64,000 nt of DNA from a candidate division WOR-3 bacterium (lineage in GTDB: Bacteria; Hydrothermota; Tepidihabitantia; Tepidihabitantales; Tepidihabitantaceae): the NCBI GenBank assembly GCA_965649225.1, contig CBFGJX010000009.1, forward strand, positions 29,200 through 93,199. The letters are read 5' to 3'. The notes under the pieces are model-generated. The model made no database searches, had not been told where the DNA came from, and saw nothing but the letters and a program-made list of their open reading frames with translations. Both the position numbers and the translations under genes were made by a program. Of the stretch, positions 55,183 to 64,000 are shown one piece after another; the first letter of the stretch is position 1, and each line of letters opens with the position of its first letter.

Positions 55183-58059
55183 TTGCACCCAAAAGGCTGG
55201 TCAGCTCTTGCTCTGGTCTGGCTCGTTGCACTCGCTCCGGCCCAAGTCCCGCGCTGGCTCGACCTTTTTGCCGGGCCGGGCGGAAACTCGGAAGAAGCCA
55301 CCGCCCTCTGCCGCGACTCTGCCGGCAACAGCTACCTTGCCATCATTGACGAATACCACTTCATCGTTGCCGCAGTCAATCCGGCTGGAATCCAGCGCTG
55401 GGTTTACCGGCTGACCCGCCACGACGAATCGGTCAACTCCGCCCTCGCCGTCACGGTCGGCAACGACGGCAACATCTACGCCGCCGGCGCACTCGGCACC
55501 GGCACTGATGCCACCGACTTTGCTATCGTCAGCCTAACCCCGGACGGCAACGAACGCTGGATCTGGACAACCAACGGCCCGGGCGGAGAAATGGGGGAAG
55601 CACTGGCACTGGTCTGGGGCCGTGATGGCAACATCTATGCCGCCGGCTGGACCAGCACCGCCACCGACAACTCCCGGCTCACGGTCGCCAGCCTCACCCC
55701 GGCCGGCCGCGAACGCTGGACCTATATCAACGACGACCCCGGCAACCGCTACATTGACCGCGCCTACGCTGTCTGCCAGTCGCCCGACAACAGCATCATG
55801 GTCGGCGGCACCGTCGGCAGCCCCGACACCACCTACCAGGACATGGCGGTAATCTGCCTTGACACTGCCGGCAACCTCCGCTGGCAGCACCGGGTTACGA
55901 TGCCCTCGCCCGACTACGACGTTGCCAGCGCCATCTGCTGCGATTCCGCGGGCAATGTCTATGCCGCCGGCGAACTCCGCGTCCGTCAGTTCGAAGGCGA
56001 CTTTGCTGTGGTCAGCCTCACTCCGGATGGCCAGCGCCGCTGGCTCTACCTCCGCGACGGCCCCGGCGCCGGCCACGACGCCGCACTTGGCCTCGTCTGG
56101 CACTCCGGCCGTGTCTTCACCTGCGGCCGGACGGTCGGCACGGACGGCACCGACGACTGGCTGATTGCCGCACTCGACGATTCCACCGGCGCTGAAGACT
56201 GGTGCCGCTTCTGGCACGGCGACACCAGTCCGGACTACCCCCGCGGCATCTGCCTTGACGCCGCGGGCAACATCGTCGTCGCCGGCTCCAGCGGCTGGCC
56301 CGAAAGCTGGATGGTCGTCCAAAGCCTCACCCCCGGCGGCAGCGAAAACTGGACCCGCACCATCCAGGGCCCGGTTGCGGCCTGGAACTTCGGCAATGCC
56401 GTAGTCCCGACTCCGGCCGGCCGGCTGCTGGTTGCCGGTATGCTCTGCGACTCGCTCACTGCCGGCGACGCCGCCCTGCTGGACATCTCGATTGCCGGAA
56501 TACGCGGCTGGACCTGGACCTGGGACTCCGATGAAACCGTTGGGGCCGACGAAGGCCTTGTCACCGCTTGGGGCCCGGATTCGACAATCTACACTGCCGG
56601 CTTCGCCAACTGGGGCAGCACGATGTCCGATATCACCCTTGCCTGCTACTCGGCCGACGGCAGCCGGCGCTGGGTCTGGCACTGGCCCAGCATGGGCATC
56701 GGCAACGAAGAACTCTGGGGGCTGGCGGTTGACGCCGGCGGCACTGCCTATGTCTGCGGCCAGACTGCCGAACCCGGTCTCGACCCGCTCAGCTACTTCA
56801 CTGTCGCCGCAATAGCGCCCGACGGCCAGACCCGCTGGCTAAACCGCTACTCCAGCGGCAGCAATGCCAACGAAATCGCCTGGATGACCGCCATCGGCCC
56901 GGACAGCAACATCTACGTCTGCGGCCAGACCTTCTCTGACCGCTCGCTCTACGACCTCACCCTGATGAGCTTTGACCGCAACGGCAGCCGGCGCTGGGTC
57001 AGCCGCGCCGACACCACGCCCGGCCAGTGGGACTTTGGCTACAGCCTCGCCTGTGGCCCTGACTCGTCAATCTATGTCTGCGGCATGATTCCCGACGGCA
57101 ACGACGACTGCTTCGCCGCGGCCGGCTTCCGCCCCGACGGCAGCCGGCGCTGGGTCTGGACTTATAATCCGCCCGGCGTCAACTACGGCCTCGCCCTCTC
57201 GATTGCCTGTGGCCCGGACGGCAACATCTACCTCGCCGGCTACAACGAATCCGAAACCGTCGACCGCCAGTTCATTGCCGCCTCGCTTGACCCCGACGGA
57301 CACCAGCGCTGGCTCTGGGCCGACACCAGCGGCAACTTCAGCATGGGGCTGGCAATAGCCTGCGGCCCGGACTCGACCATCTACGCCGGCGGCACGCTCT
57401 GGACAGACGAAACCCGGTACTGGGACGCCGCGGTCCTCGCCTTTGACCCGGCGGGCAACCTCCGCGCGGTCATTCGCCACGACAACGGCAACGGCGTCTG
57501 GGACCTTGTCACCGGCCTCAGCGCCGGCCCGGATTCAATGGTGTACGCTTCAGCCCTCACCTGGGACCGCGACGAAAAACAGTACTGCACCTGCCTCGCG
57601 GTCTGCCGCGGCCGGCTCGACTGGGCCTGGCGCATCCGTGGCACTACTGACGAAGGCAACCGCGCCAACTGGGTCGCCGCTGGCCCCGGTGGCAAAGTTG
57701 CCCTCGCCGGCACCATCACCTCGGCCCGGCACGGCAACGACATGCTCACCGCGATGTTTGCGTCCGACCTCACCGCCCTCTGGCAGCAGCAGCCTCAGAC
57801 CGAACCGCTCATCCGCCGTGCCGCCACCATTGGCACCGGCCGGATACTTTTGGAGCTTGTCCCCGACCCGGCCCGACCCCTGCGGATCAGCCTCTACGAC
57901 GCCACCGGTCGCTGCCTGGTCAACCGGCGCGAACCCTCAACCCCCGGCACCATCACCCTCGACCAGTCGGCCACCGGCCCGCTCCCGGCCGGTATCTACA
58001 CGCTCAAACTCCAGTCCGGCCCGCGCACCGAAACCCGCCGGCTAACGCTTATTCGGTGA
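55183..58059 (+). CDS. Large secreted beta-propeller (SBBP-like repeats) with CTD
   Basis: Many G.D(G/S).IY..G......DG..RW repeats; C-terminal LYDATGR..LPAGIY. Confidence 0.9.
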   Translation: MHPKGWSALALVWLVALAPAQVPRWLDLFAGPGGNSEEATALCRDSAGNSYLAIIDEYHFIVAAVNPAGIQRWVYRLTRHDESVNSALAVTVGNDGNIYAAGALGTGTDATDFAIVSLTPDGNERWIWTTNGPGGEMGEALALVWGRDGNIYAAGWTSTATDNSRLTVASLTPAGRERWTYINDDPGNRYIDRAYAVCQSPDNSIMVGGTVGSPDTTYQDMAVICLDTAGNLRWQHRVTMPSPDYDVASAICCDSAGNVYAAGELRVRQFEGDFAVVSLTPDGQRRWLYLRDGPGAGHDAALGLVWHSGRVFTCGRTVGTDGTDDWLIAALDDSTGAEDWCRFWHGDTSPDYPRGICLDAAGNIVVAGSSGWPESWMVVQSLTPGGSENWTRTIQGPVAAWNFGNAVVPTPAGRLLVAGMLCDSLTAGDAALLDISIAGIRGWTWTWDSDETVGADEGLVTAWGPDSTIYTAGFANWGSTMSDITLACYSADGSRRWVWHWPSMGIGNEELWGLAVDAGGTAYVCGQTAEPGLDPLSYFTVAAIAPDGQTRWLNRYSSGSNANEIAWMTAIGPDSNIYVCGQTFSDRSLYDLTLMSFDRNGSRRWVSRADTTPGQWDFGYSLACGPDSSIYVCGMIPDGNDDCFAAAGFRPDGSRRWVWTYNPPGVNYGLALSIACGPDGNIYLAGYNESETVDRQFIAASLDPDGHQRWLWADTSGNFSMGLAIACGPDSTIYAGGTLWTDETRYWDAAVLAFDPAGNLRAVIRHDNGNGVWDLVTGLSAGPDSMVYASALTWDRDEKQYCTCLAVCRGRLDWAWRIRGTTDEGNRANWVAAGPGGKVALAGTITSARHGNDMLTAMFASDLTALWQQQPQTEPLIRRAATIGTGRILLELVPDPARPLRISLYDATGRCLVNRREPSTPGTITLDQSATGPLPAGIYTLKLQSGPRTETRRLTLIR

Positions 58060-58155
58060 AAAGAAAACCCTCTCGCTGACTGCGAAACGACCCAAACGAC
58101 GGTCGCCCACTGCCGCTGACTCGCCCTGTCACAGCCGGGGCCTGCCAGCCAGTGT

Positions 58156-58187
58156 CTTTCAATCCACGCGTCCGCGCGGGACGCAAG
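58156..58187 (-). CRISPR. Solitary type I-C-like CRISPR repeat unit (not an array)
   Basis: Minus strand CTTGCGTCCCGCGCGGACGCGTGGATTGAAAG, 32 nt, GCGTCC/GGACGC stem and GTGGATTGAAA tail. Confidence 0.7.
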
Positions 58188-58270
58188 TTGCCTGCCTGAA
58201 GCCTGTGGCACAGAATTTTCGTCTGCGCGACATCCGGCTTACGCGATTGAAGGAAGCCTGCGGCTTGGAC

Positions 58271-61200
58271 TCATTCCTGTTCAAACTCGTAACCTCTGAA
58301 CCTAAGGGTGCGGCAGTTTTCGGTAACAATCCGGACGGTCTTGTCCGGAACACCATTGGGCACAACAGCGGTGATTTCGAGTGTTACCTCGACCTCGGCA
58401 CCATCAAGCGTCGTGAAGTGCTGAAGCACTTCCTGAGCAATCTGGCCGGCATCCCGGGCCATCCGGGTCGGTTCAAGGCTGACCGTAGCGTGGAAACGTT
58501 TCGGCTTCGCTTCTGACGGTCTTGTCGGCTCCGGCCCGACCGTTGCACCGCTGCCGCCCGCCGTCTGACCGGCAACAGTTGCCGTAGTTTCGGCAGTCTC
58601 GCTCTGTTTTCTCGCATCTGCATCCAGCTGCGCCTGAGCGATGTCCGCCTTGACCACAACACTGCTCTCGTCCAGCAACACCCGACAGGGCCTGCCGGCG
58701 GTCAACCCGCGATAGCGCCTGGTCTTCTCATCCCAGCCCTGTGCGTAGGCGAAGGCATCGCTGCGCCAACTCGGCTGTGCCACCCCGTCGGCGATGGCCT
58801 CGACCAGAACATCAGGATCACGCAGCCGGGGAAGATACGGATACCTGGCGAAGTCTTCAGCCAACTGCCGAACCCCCACATGGTTTCCGCGCCAGAGCGG
58901 GATGCGGTCGAGCTCGATGCGCAGCCGCGAACCGCCCATCCCGGTAACCAGCGCCTCTTCTCTGACAAGCCGCTTCGACGCCCGGGGCGCAAGCGCATCC
59001 TGGGCTTGCAACCGAAACTCCTGCCATTCGATTGCCCCCCTTGGGTTCAGCTGGACCGGCACCAGCAGCCACTGATAGGTTTCGGGCAGGCGCACCTTGA
59101 CCGTCTCCCGCGCCTCTTTGAGTTTGGTGTCAACCTGGCGCAACTGGAGCTGGTCAAGATTCAGCTTTTCACGGTCACGACTGATTGACTCCCAGGCCAG
59201 GACGTAACGGACCGCGGATTCCAAGTCCTTGAGCTTGACCGTATCCGGTGCGAGGAAGACGAGTGTGTTCTTGTACTCGCGCGGACTGCTGCCCCGCTCA
59301 TTCAGTATCGCGGCGGCCTCCCGGCGGGCCGGGCTGTCCTCCACCTTTGCCGAGTGCGTGTATGCCGGGCCGAGGATGACCAGTCGGGCCCCTTCTTCAT
59401 CGGGCACGTCGGCGCTTGCTGCGCAGACATGCACCGCCACAAAGTCGCCGCGGCGCCTGACGTCTTCCTTGAGCAGTTTCTCGATTTCGGCGTGAATGTC
59501 TTCCAGTTTCTGCTGGCCGGCGCGGTCCTCGGCCAGGCGCGCAACTGTCGGCTGCAGCGAAAACCAGTAACGGTTGCCGTCAACGTAGAGATACTTCGCC
59601 CGGTCGGTCAGACGACGAAGGGCATCGCCGAAGGTCGCCGTGCTCTCGCCCGGCTGGACGCAGCCGAGCTTGACCCTCCGGTCGTCAATGCCTTTGGTGG
59701 ATGTCTGCGACAGCGGTGCGGTGCCGAGGAAAATTGTGCGGGCGACGCGGCGGCAGGCCGAGTAGCGGCCAAGGTTCGGATTCTCGCGGTCAAGAGCAAG
59801 CGGCTGCGAGTCAGCGCCATCCACGTCATTGTCAATAACCGGGTCCCACTGCTGTTCCAGATAACGGGTCAGCTCCGACTTTACGACCGGGTCGTCAATA
59901 GGCACACTGGCTGGCATTATCAGCAGATTTTTGTCCTGACGTTCCCAGAGCGTGTGGATAACCGAAGCCATGAGTCGCAGCACGCCGCGGGTGCACTGGA
60001 ACCGGTCGAGCGTGGACCAGTCGGTGTAAAGCCGGGTGAACAACTCCGGGTGTATCGGATAGGCCGCAACAATGTCCCGCTCATAGGCAGCCTCGCGACA
60101 GCCCGACGGGAACTCCTGAGACTGATTCTGGTACATCTCGGAAAAGGCACGGGCCACTGCGTCGCGCATCGCGGTCTGCTCCCTGCTGGTAATTGGCTGG
60201 AACAATCGGCGCCGGACAATCTCAAACCCTTCAACCTGACTTGCCGGCTGCCACGGTTCTTCAACACGCTGCAATGCATGCTGCAGGCTGTCGAGTGCCC
60301 GGCGACCCCGGTCACCGCCGATTTCGTTGTCAGAAGCCGGCACGCTGACCACCAGCATCGTCCTGTCGACGACCTTTACCGCTTCGCTCAACGCCTGGGC
60401 AAAAGTGAACTGCACGTCAAATGTACCCGCCGGCAGGTCGGCATTGTCGTGCAACTGCCGGGCATAGGCAATCCATTCGTCTATCAAGATGATACAGGGA
60501 GCGTACTTTGCAAAGAGCTTGTGTAGAGCATCGCCGGGATTGGTGGCGGTCTTGTCGGCGTCGGCGACAAGTTTGTAGCCTTCCTTGCCGCCCAGCTGCC
60601 AGGCGATTTCGCCCCAGAGCGTGCGGACGATGGTACCGTCCGGCTTCACGTGTTTGGTGCCCGGTGCAATCTTGGTGCCGACGATGACAACCCGCTTCAC
60701 GTCCTTCGGCAGTGTCAACCCTGCTTCGCTCAGGACTGTGTCGATTCCGGGTAGCTGCGACGCAGCCACGCCCGAAAAGAGGTGATACAGCGCCAGCAGC
60801 GAGTGGGTCTTGCCACCGCCAAAGCTGGTCTTGAGCCGGACCACCGGAATGCCGGTACCGCCACTCAACCGCTTGACCGCAGGCAAAAGCAGCCCGGTCA
60901 GGCCCTGGGTGAGGAACGTCCGGCGGAAGAACTCGGTCGGGTCCTGATACTCGGTTGACGCCCCCCCCTGATAAACCTGCCAGAGGTCAGCAGCAAACTC
61001 GGCCTTCAGGTAGTTGCCGGAGGCAACATCCGAATGCGGCGTGACGACCTCGCGCCACGGCTTCAGGTTGGCCAAGGGCGTGCCGCTGGTCCCGATCTCC
61101 AACTGCCGCCGCGACACGCTACGGCGCTGCTCGTCGAACTTGACCCGCAGCACCTCGTCGCGGTGCTTTTCCACTTCGGCTGCCTGCTCGGCCGAAACGG

Positions 61201-61561
61201 CCTGCAGCAGCCGGACGATGCTGTCGAGCGCACGATAGGTGTCGTCGTATGAGAAAGCCTCCTGATGTGCCCACCTGTTTCTCACTTCACGCAGCTCGCT
61301 CACCAGCGAACGTTCGGAGTGGCCGAGCACCCGCTTGAACACCTCATTCCAGTTATCCCACATCACCGTCAACAGAGCCTGAGTGTCCCACTTCACACCG
61401 CTGCCCTTTTTCGGATACTGGTCCTCGTGCAGGGAGTCCTTTGCGAACTCAAGCCACGAATCACCCAGCACCGCCTTCAGCTCGCGCTCGACAAACGGCG
61501 CCAGCCCAGTGACCAGCAAGTCCAGAGCCGCGCCGACCCGCTGCTGATTACTCAAAGCCAT
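58271..61561 (-). CDS. Swt1-like HEPN + DUF499 AAA+ ATPase
   Basis: RNRWAH (Rx4H); LKPWREVVTPH, EFAADL, FGGGKTH, ILIDEW, YPIHPE, FQCTRGVLR. Confidence 0.9.
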   Translation of the reverse strand: MALSNQQRVGAALDLLVTGLAPFVERELKAVLGDSWLEFAKDSLHEDQYPKKGSGVKWDTQALLTVMWDNWNEVFKRVLGHSERSLVSELREVRNRWAHQEAFSYDDTYRALDSIVRLLQAVSAEQAAEVEKHRDEVLRVKFDEQRRSVSRRQLEIGTSGTPLANLKPWREVVTPHSDVASGNYLKAEFAADLWQVYQGGASTEYQDPTEFFRRTFLTQGLTGLLLPAVKRLSGGTGIPVVRLKTSFGGGKTHSLLALYHLFSGVAASQLPGIDTVLSEAGLTLPKDVKRVVIVGTKIAPGTKHVKPDGTIVRTLWGEIAWQLGGKEGYKLVADADKTATNPGDALHKLFAKYAPCIILIDEWIAYARQLHDNADLPAGTFDVQFTFAQALSEAVKVVDRTMLVVSVPASDNEIGGDRGRRALDSLQHALQRVEEPWQPASQVEGFEIVRRRLFQPITSREQTAMRDAVARAFSEMYQNQSQEFPSGCREAAYERDIVAAYPIHPELFTRLYTDWSTLDRFQCTRGVLRLMASVIHTLWERQDKNLLIMPASVPIDDPVVKSELTRYLEQQWDPVIDNDVDGADSQPLALDRENPNLGRYSACRRVARTIFLGTAPLSQTSTKGIDDRRVKLGCVQPGESTATFGDALRRLTDRAKYLYVDGNRYWFSLQPTVARLAEDRAGQQKLEDIHAEIEKLLKEDVRRRGDFVAVHVCAASADVPDEEGARLVILGPAYTHSAKVEDSPARREAAAILNERGSSPREYKNTLVFLAPDTVKLKDLESAVRYVLAWESISRDREKLNLDQLQLRQVDTKLKEARETVKVRLPETYQWLLVPVQLNPRGAIEWQEFRLQAQDALAPRASKRLVREEALVTGMGGSRLRIELDRIPLWRGNHVGVRQLAEDFARYPYLPRLRDPDVLVEAIADGVAQPSWRSDAFAYAQGWDEKTRRYRGLTAGRPCRVLLDESSVVVKADIAQAQLDADARKQSETAETTATVAGQTAGGSGATVGPEPTRPSEAKPKRFHATVSLEPTRMARDAGQIAQEVLQHFTTLDGAEVEVTLEITAVVPNGVPDKTVRIVTENCRTLRFRGYEFEQE

Positions 61562-61564
61562 AGG

Positions 61565-64000
61565 TTACTCCTCTCCAAACAGCTTGCCCGTTTCGGCAGG
61601 CTTGCTCGACTGGGCCAGCCTCAATATTTCGGGCCAGGCAATGACAAGGCTGTTGTATGCCCGCGCCTCCTTTGCCCACTGCTTGCGTTCGCAGATGGCA
61701 TACAGCCGGTAAGCCAGCGCCCGCGCTTCCTCGCTCTTGCCCGCGCCCAGCTTCTTCACCAGCGCGGCCGCGGCCTGCTCGCCGCCCTGCTCCAGCGCCC
61801 GAATCAACTGCTGGGTGCATTCCCAGATGGTCACGCGCTTATCCTTCACCGGGTCCCAGTCCTCGGGCAACTCATCGCGTTCGAGCAGTCGAACTTTGCC
61901 TGCCCTGGCGACAAGGACGCCGGCCTCGGCCAAGCCGTTCACCGCGGTATTCATCGCCCGCGCCAGGACATCGGCCTGACCGAACTCGGCTTCGTCTATT
62001 CCGTGCTGGCCAAACCATGCCACGCAGAACCGCGTTTCCCTATCCAGCTCGCCTTCCTGCTCGGCAAGATAGGCATCAAGCTCCTGATTGATAATCTGGA
62101 GCGCGGTGCGCACGGTCATTGGCGAGCCGTCAGCCTCGATTACCTTAGCGAACCGCGAGAAGACCGCCATTCCCGGCCCGATGGCGGCCTGGGCAAAGTC
62201 CACTGGCGCGATGTTACCCTGCTGCAGCTTCGCCAGCGCATCGGGCAGTTCCTTTCTCAACTGGGAGACAAACTCCTTCCGTGTAGCAATCGGCGCATCG
62301 TGGGGACGGCGACGACAGGCAAGGACGATGCTGGAGGCAAGGGCATTCGACCCCTGATTCAACTTGCGATTCTCGCGCTCCGTGCGCATCGGCCATGTGC
62401 CAGTAACGGAGAAGCCGGCACGAATTACTGCTTCGAGAAACGTGTCCCATCCTGTACTGGCAACGCCTTCGCCTTTGCACTCAGACTGCTTGAATGCGTA
62501 GTAGATAGTGACCGGGAACGCGGGATGCGCCTGCTCAGCCAGACGGTGCATCGCTTTGGTCATACCATCAAGGAAGAACTTCTCCGCCTTCTCCTTGCTG
62601 CCATGGCGGTAGGGCGTGGCGACCAGCTCTTCGGCTTTGGGCACCGCTACCGTAGCGAACAGGTCGGGGAACACGGGTTGCAGTGAGCGGCGCAGCCACA
62701 TATAGAAGAAGTCCGACAGGTCGGCGTAGCCAATGTTGTCAAAGTACGGAGGATCTGCCGACACGACCTTGTCTCTAGTGGTGCGCTGCACGGCCGCATC
62801 ACCCTTTTCGGCATGCCCAGAAGAGCTGCGACAGGCATCGTTCGACAAGAGACCGGCGACGGTGTTCGACACCATACTCGGAAATGACCCACTTGGACCA
62901 GAGACGCTGTTTGCCTCGGCGTAGTCCCAAGACATTGGCAGGGCCTGCCGTCCAAAGGTATCACCAGGGCACTCAACGGATGTCTTGAACGTGCACAATC
63001 TGCTCGCACGGTTCGACGTCTTGCTGACTGCGAACGCCAGATACACTGCGACGGCGTCGGCGTAGGCGCTGGCGCCGGTTCCACCGTCGCGCAACGGGAC
63101 ACCGTCGTCCGGCAGCCCGGCGGCGACTGCGTCACGCTTCACCCGCTCGCGTGCTTCCTGCACCAAATCCGAAAACGTCGTTAGGGCAACAAGCTGGCGG
63201 GGAGTGAAGAGGTCGCGCCATCGCCGCATCCCGTACTCTTGGACCCGAAAGCCGAGCGCCCTCACGGGCAGGTTTGTTTCGGGCACGCCCTCTGGTGACG
63301 GCTGCCGCGCCACGGCCTCCATGTCTGCTGAAGGAGGCAGGTACACGCGGCCGCGACTCCCCTCTGCGACAACCGCCATCAGCCGCTCGCCCATTCTGCC
63401 GGCCTTAGCCTCATCGCGCAGGTAAGCAAAGGGTATCGGTGCTCCGGACATTAGGCACAGGAAACTGCTTCCGCTGCCTCCTGACTTGGTGCCCCGCGTC
63501 GCCGCCGAAGGGTCTTTGGGTTTGCCGACTTTCACGGTAAAGCGGTAGCCGTTGCCTTCTATCACCGGCTCGACGTAGGCTTCTTTGCCTTGTCTTGTCG
63601 AGAGCATGAAGGTCGAGACCAGCGGCACGTCTACGTTCCTGAAAGCAGGATTAGGGCTTTTGACCGTGCGCGCCCAGAGCCAGGCGATGACTGTGAGTTC
63701 CTTGCCAACATACTGCTTCAGATCAGGCCGGTCTTTGGCCATTTCGGCCGTGACCTTAACCTTTGGGTAGAGATGACCGATTCGCTTTTCGGCTTCATTG
63801 CGCATCCACTCGCCATAGTGGCGCACATCTTCGGCAAGCCCCTGCGCTCCGTGCCATGCCGCCATGTCACGCCCTCTGCGCGCTTCGGGGTTCACCGGCG
63901 GCTTGTCGGCAAACCTTGGCGGAATCTCAATCATCGCCTTGCAAATAAGCACCGCAACCGGATTCAGGTCGCTGGCATAGGCTTCAAGTCCGAGCCGCTG
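61565..64000 (-). CDS. DUF1156 adenine-specific DNA methyltransferase, 5' end outside the window
   Basis: QRLGLEAYASDLNPVA at the edge, AWLWARTV, DPPYFDNIGYADLS, TWPMRTE, ALASSI. Confidence 0.92.
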   Translation of the reverse strand, partial: QRLGLEAYASDLNPVAVLICKAMIEIPPRFADKPPVNPEARRGRDMAAWHGAQGLAEDVRHYGEWMRNEAEKRIGHLYPKVKVTAEMAKDRPDLKQYVGKELTVIAWLWARTVKSPNPAFRNVDVPLVSTFMLSTRQGKEAYVEPVIEGNGYRFTVKVGKPKDPSAATRGTKSGGSGSSFLCLMSGAPIPFAYLRDEAKAGRMGERLMAVVAEGSRGRVYLPPSADMEAVARQPSPEGVPETNLPVRALGFRVQEYGMRRWRDLFTPRQLVALTTFSDLVQEARERVKRDAVAAGLPDDGVPLRDGGTGASAYADAVAVYLAFAVSKTSNRASRLCTFKTSVECPGDTFGRQALPMSWDYAEANSVSGPSGSFPSMVSNTVAGLLSNDACRSSSGHAEKGDAAVQRTTRDKVVSADPPYFDNIGYADLSDFFYMWLRRSLQPVFPDLFATVAVPKAEELVATPYRHGSKEKAEKFFLDGMTKAMHRLAEQAHPAFPVTIYYAFKQSECKGEGVASTGWDTFLEAVIRAGFSVTGTWPMRTERENRKLNQGSNALASSIVLACRRRPHDAPIATRKEFVSQLRKELPDALAKLQQGNIAPVDFAQAAIGPGMAVFSRFAKVIEADGSPMTVRTALQIINQELDAYLAEQEGELDRETRFCVAWFGQHGIDEAEFGQADVLARAMNTAVNGLAEAGVLVARAGKVRLLERDELPEDWDPVKDKRVTIWECTQQLIRALEQGGEQAAAALVKKLGAGKSEEARALAYRLYAICERKQWAKEARAYNSLVIAWPEILRLAQSSKPAETGKLFGEE

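Noticed and set aside
58060..58270. A true CRISPR array
   Set aside because: Only one convincing repeat; the neighbouring sequence does not repeat at 65-70 bp spacing; no cas genes

Overview
GC-rich bacterial window. The very high number of secreted proteins with a T9SS-like C-terminal sorting domain (CTD) suggests a diderm, possibly candidate phylum WOR-3 or an FCB relative (inference only). Layout: (1) 1-12.1 kb: secreted-protein genes; an M14 carboxypeptidase whose last 104 bp recur 9.6 kb downstream, bracketing a block of lipoprotein/envelope genes, a double zinc-ribbon protein and a STAND-type ATPase-TPR protein. (2) 12.3-14.5 kb: a 5'-truncated McrC-like nuclease gene abutting a complete IS3-family element. 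(3) 14.5-20 kb: MATE exporter, two ArsC, Na/Pi cotransporter, alkaline phosphatase. (4) 20-40.6 kb: three paralogous exported proteins with thioester-domain-like Cys/Gln motifs around a YgiQ radical SAM gene, then a run of CTD-bearing hydrolases and beta-propellers. (5) 41-55 kb: housekeeping genes (GT2, flippase-like, hisC, P-type ATPase, aminotransferase, fused transketolase, transaldolase, nth, tRNA-Gly-CCC with a duplicated 5' half in its leader). (6) 58.3-64 kb: the 3' part of a DUF1156 methylase / HEPN-DUF499 ATPase restriction-like defence operon, followed on the same strand by one solitary type I-C-like CRISPR repeat. Best leads: the solitary repeat, the mosaic CTD cassettes, the thioester-like proteins and the tRNA-half hairpin.
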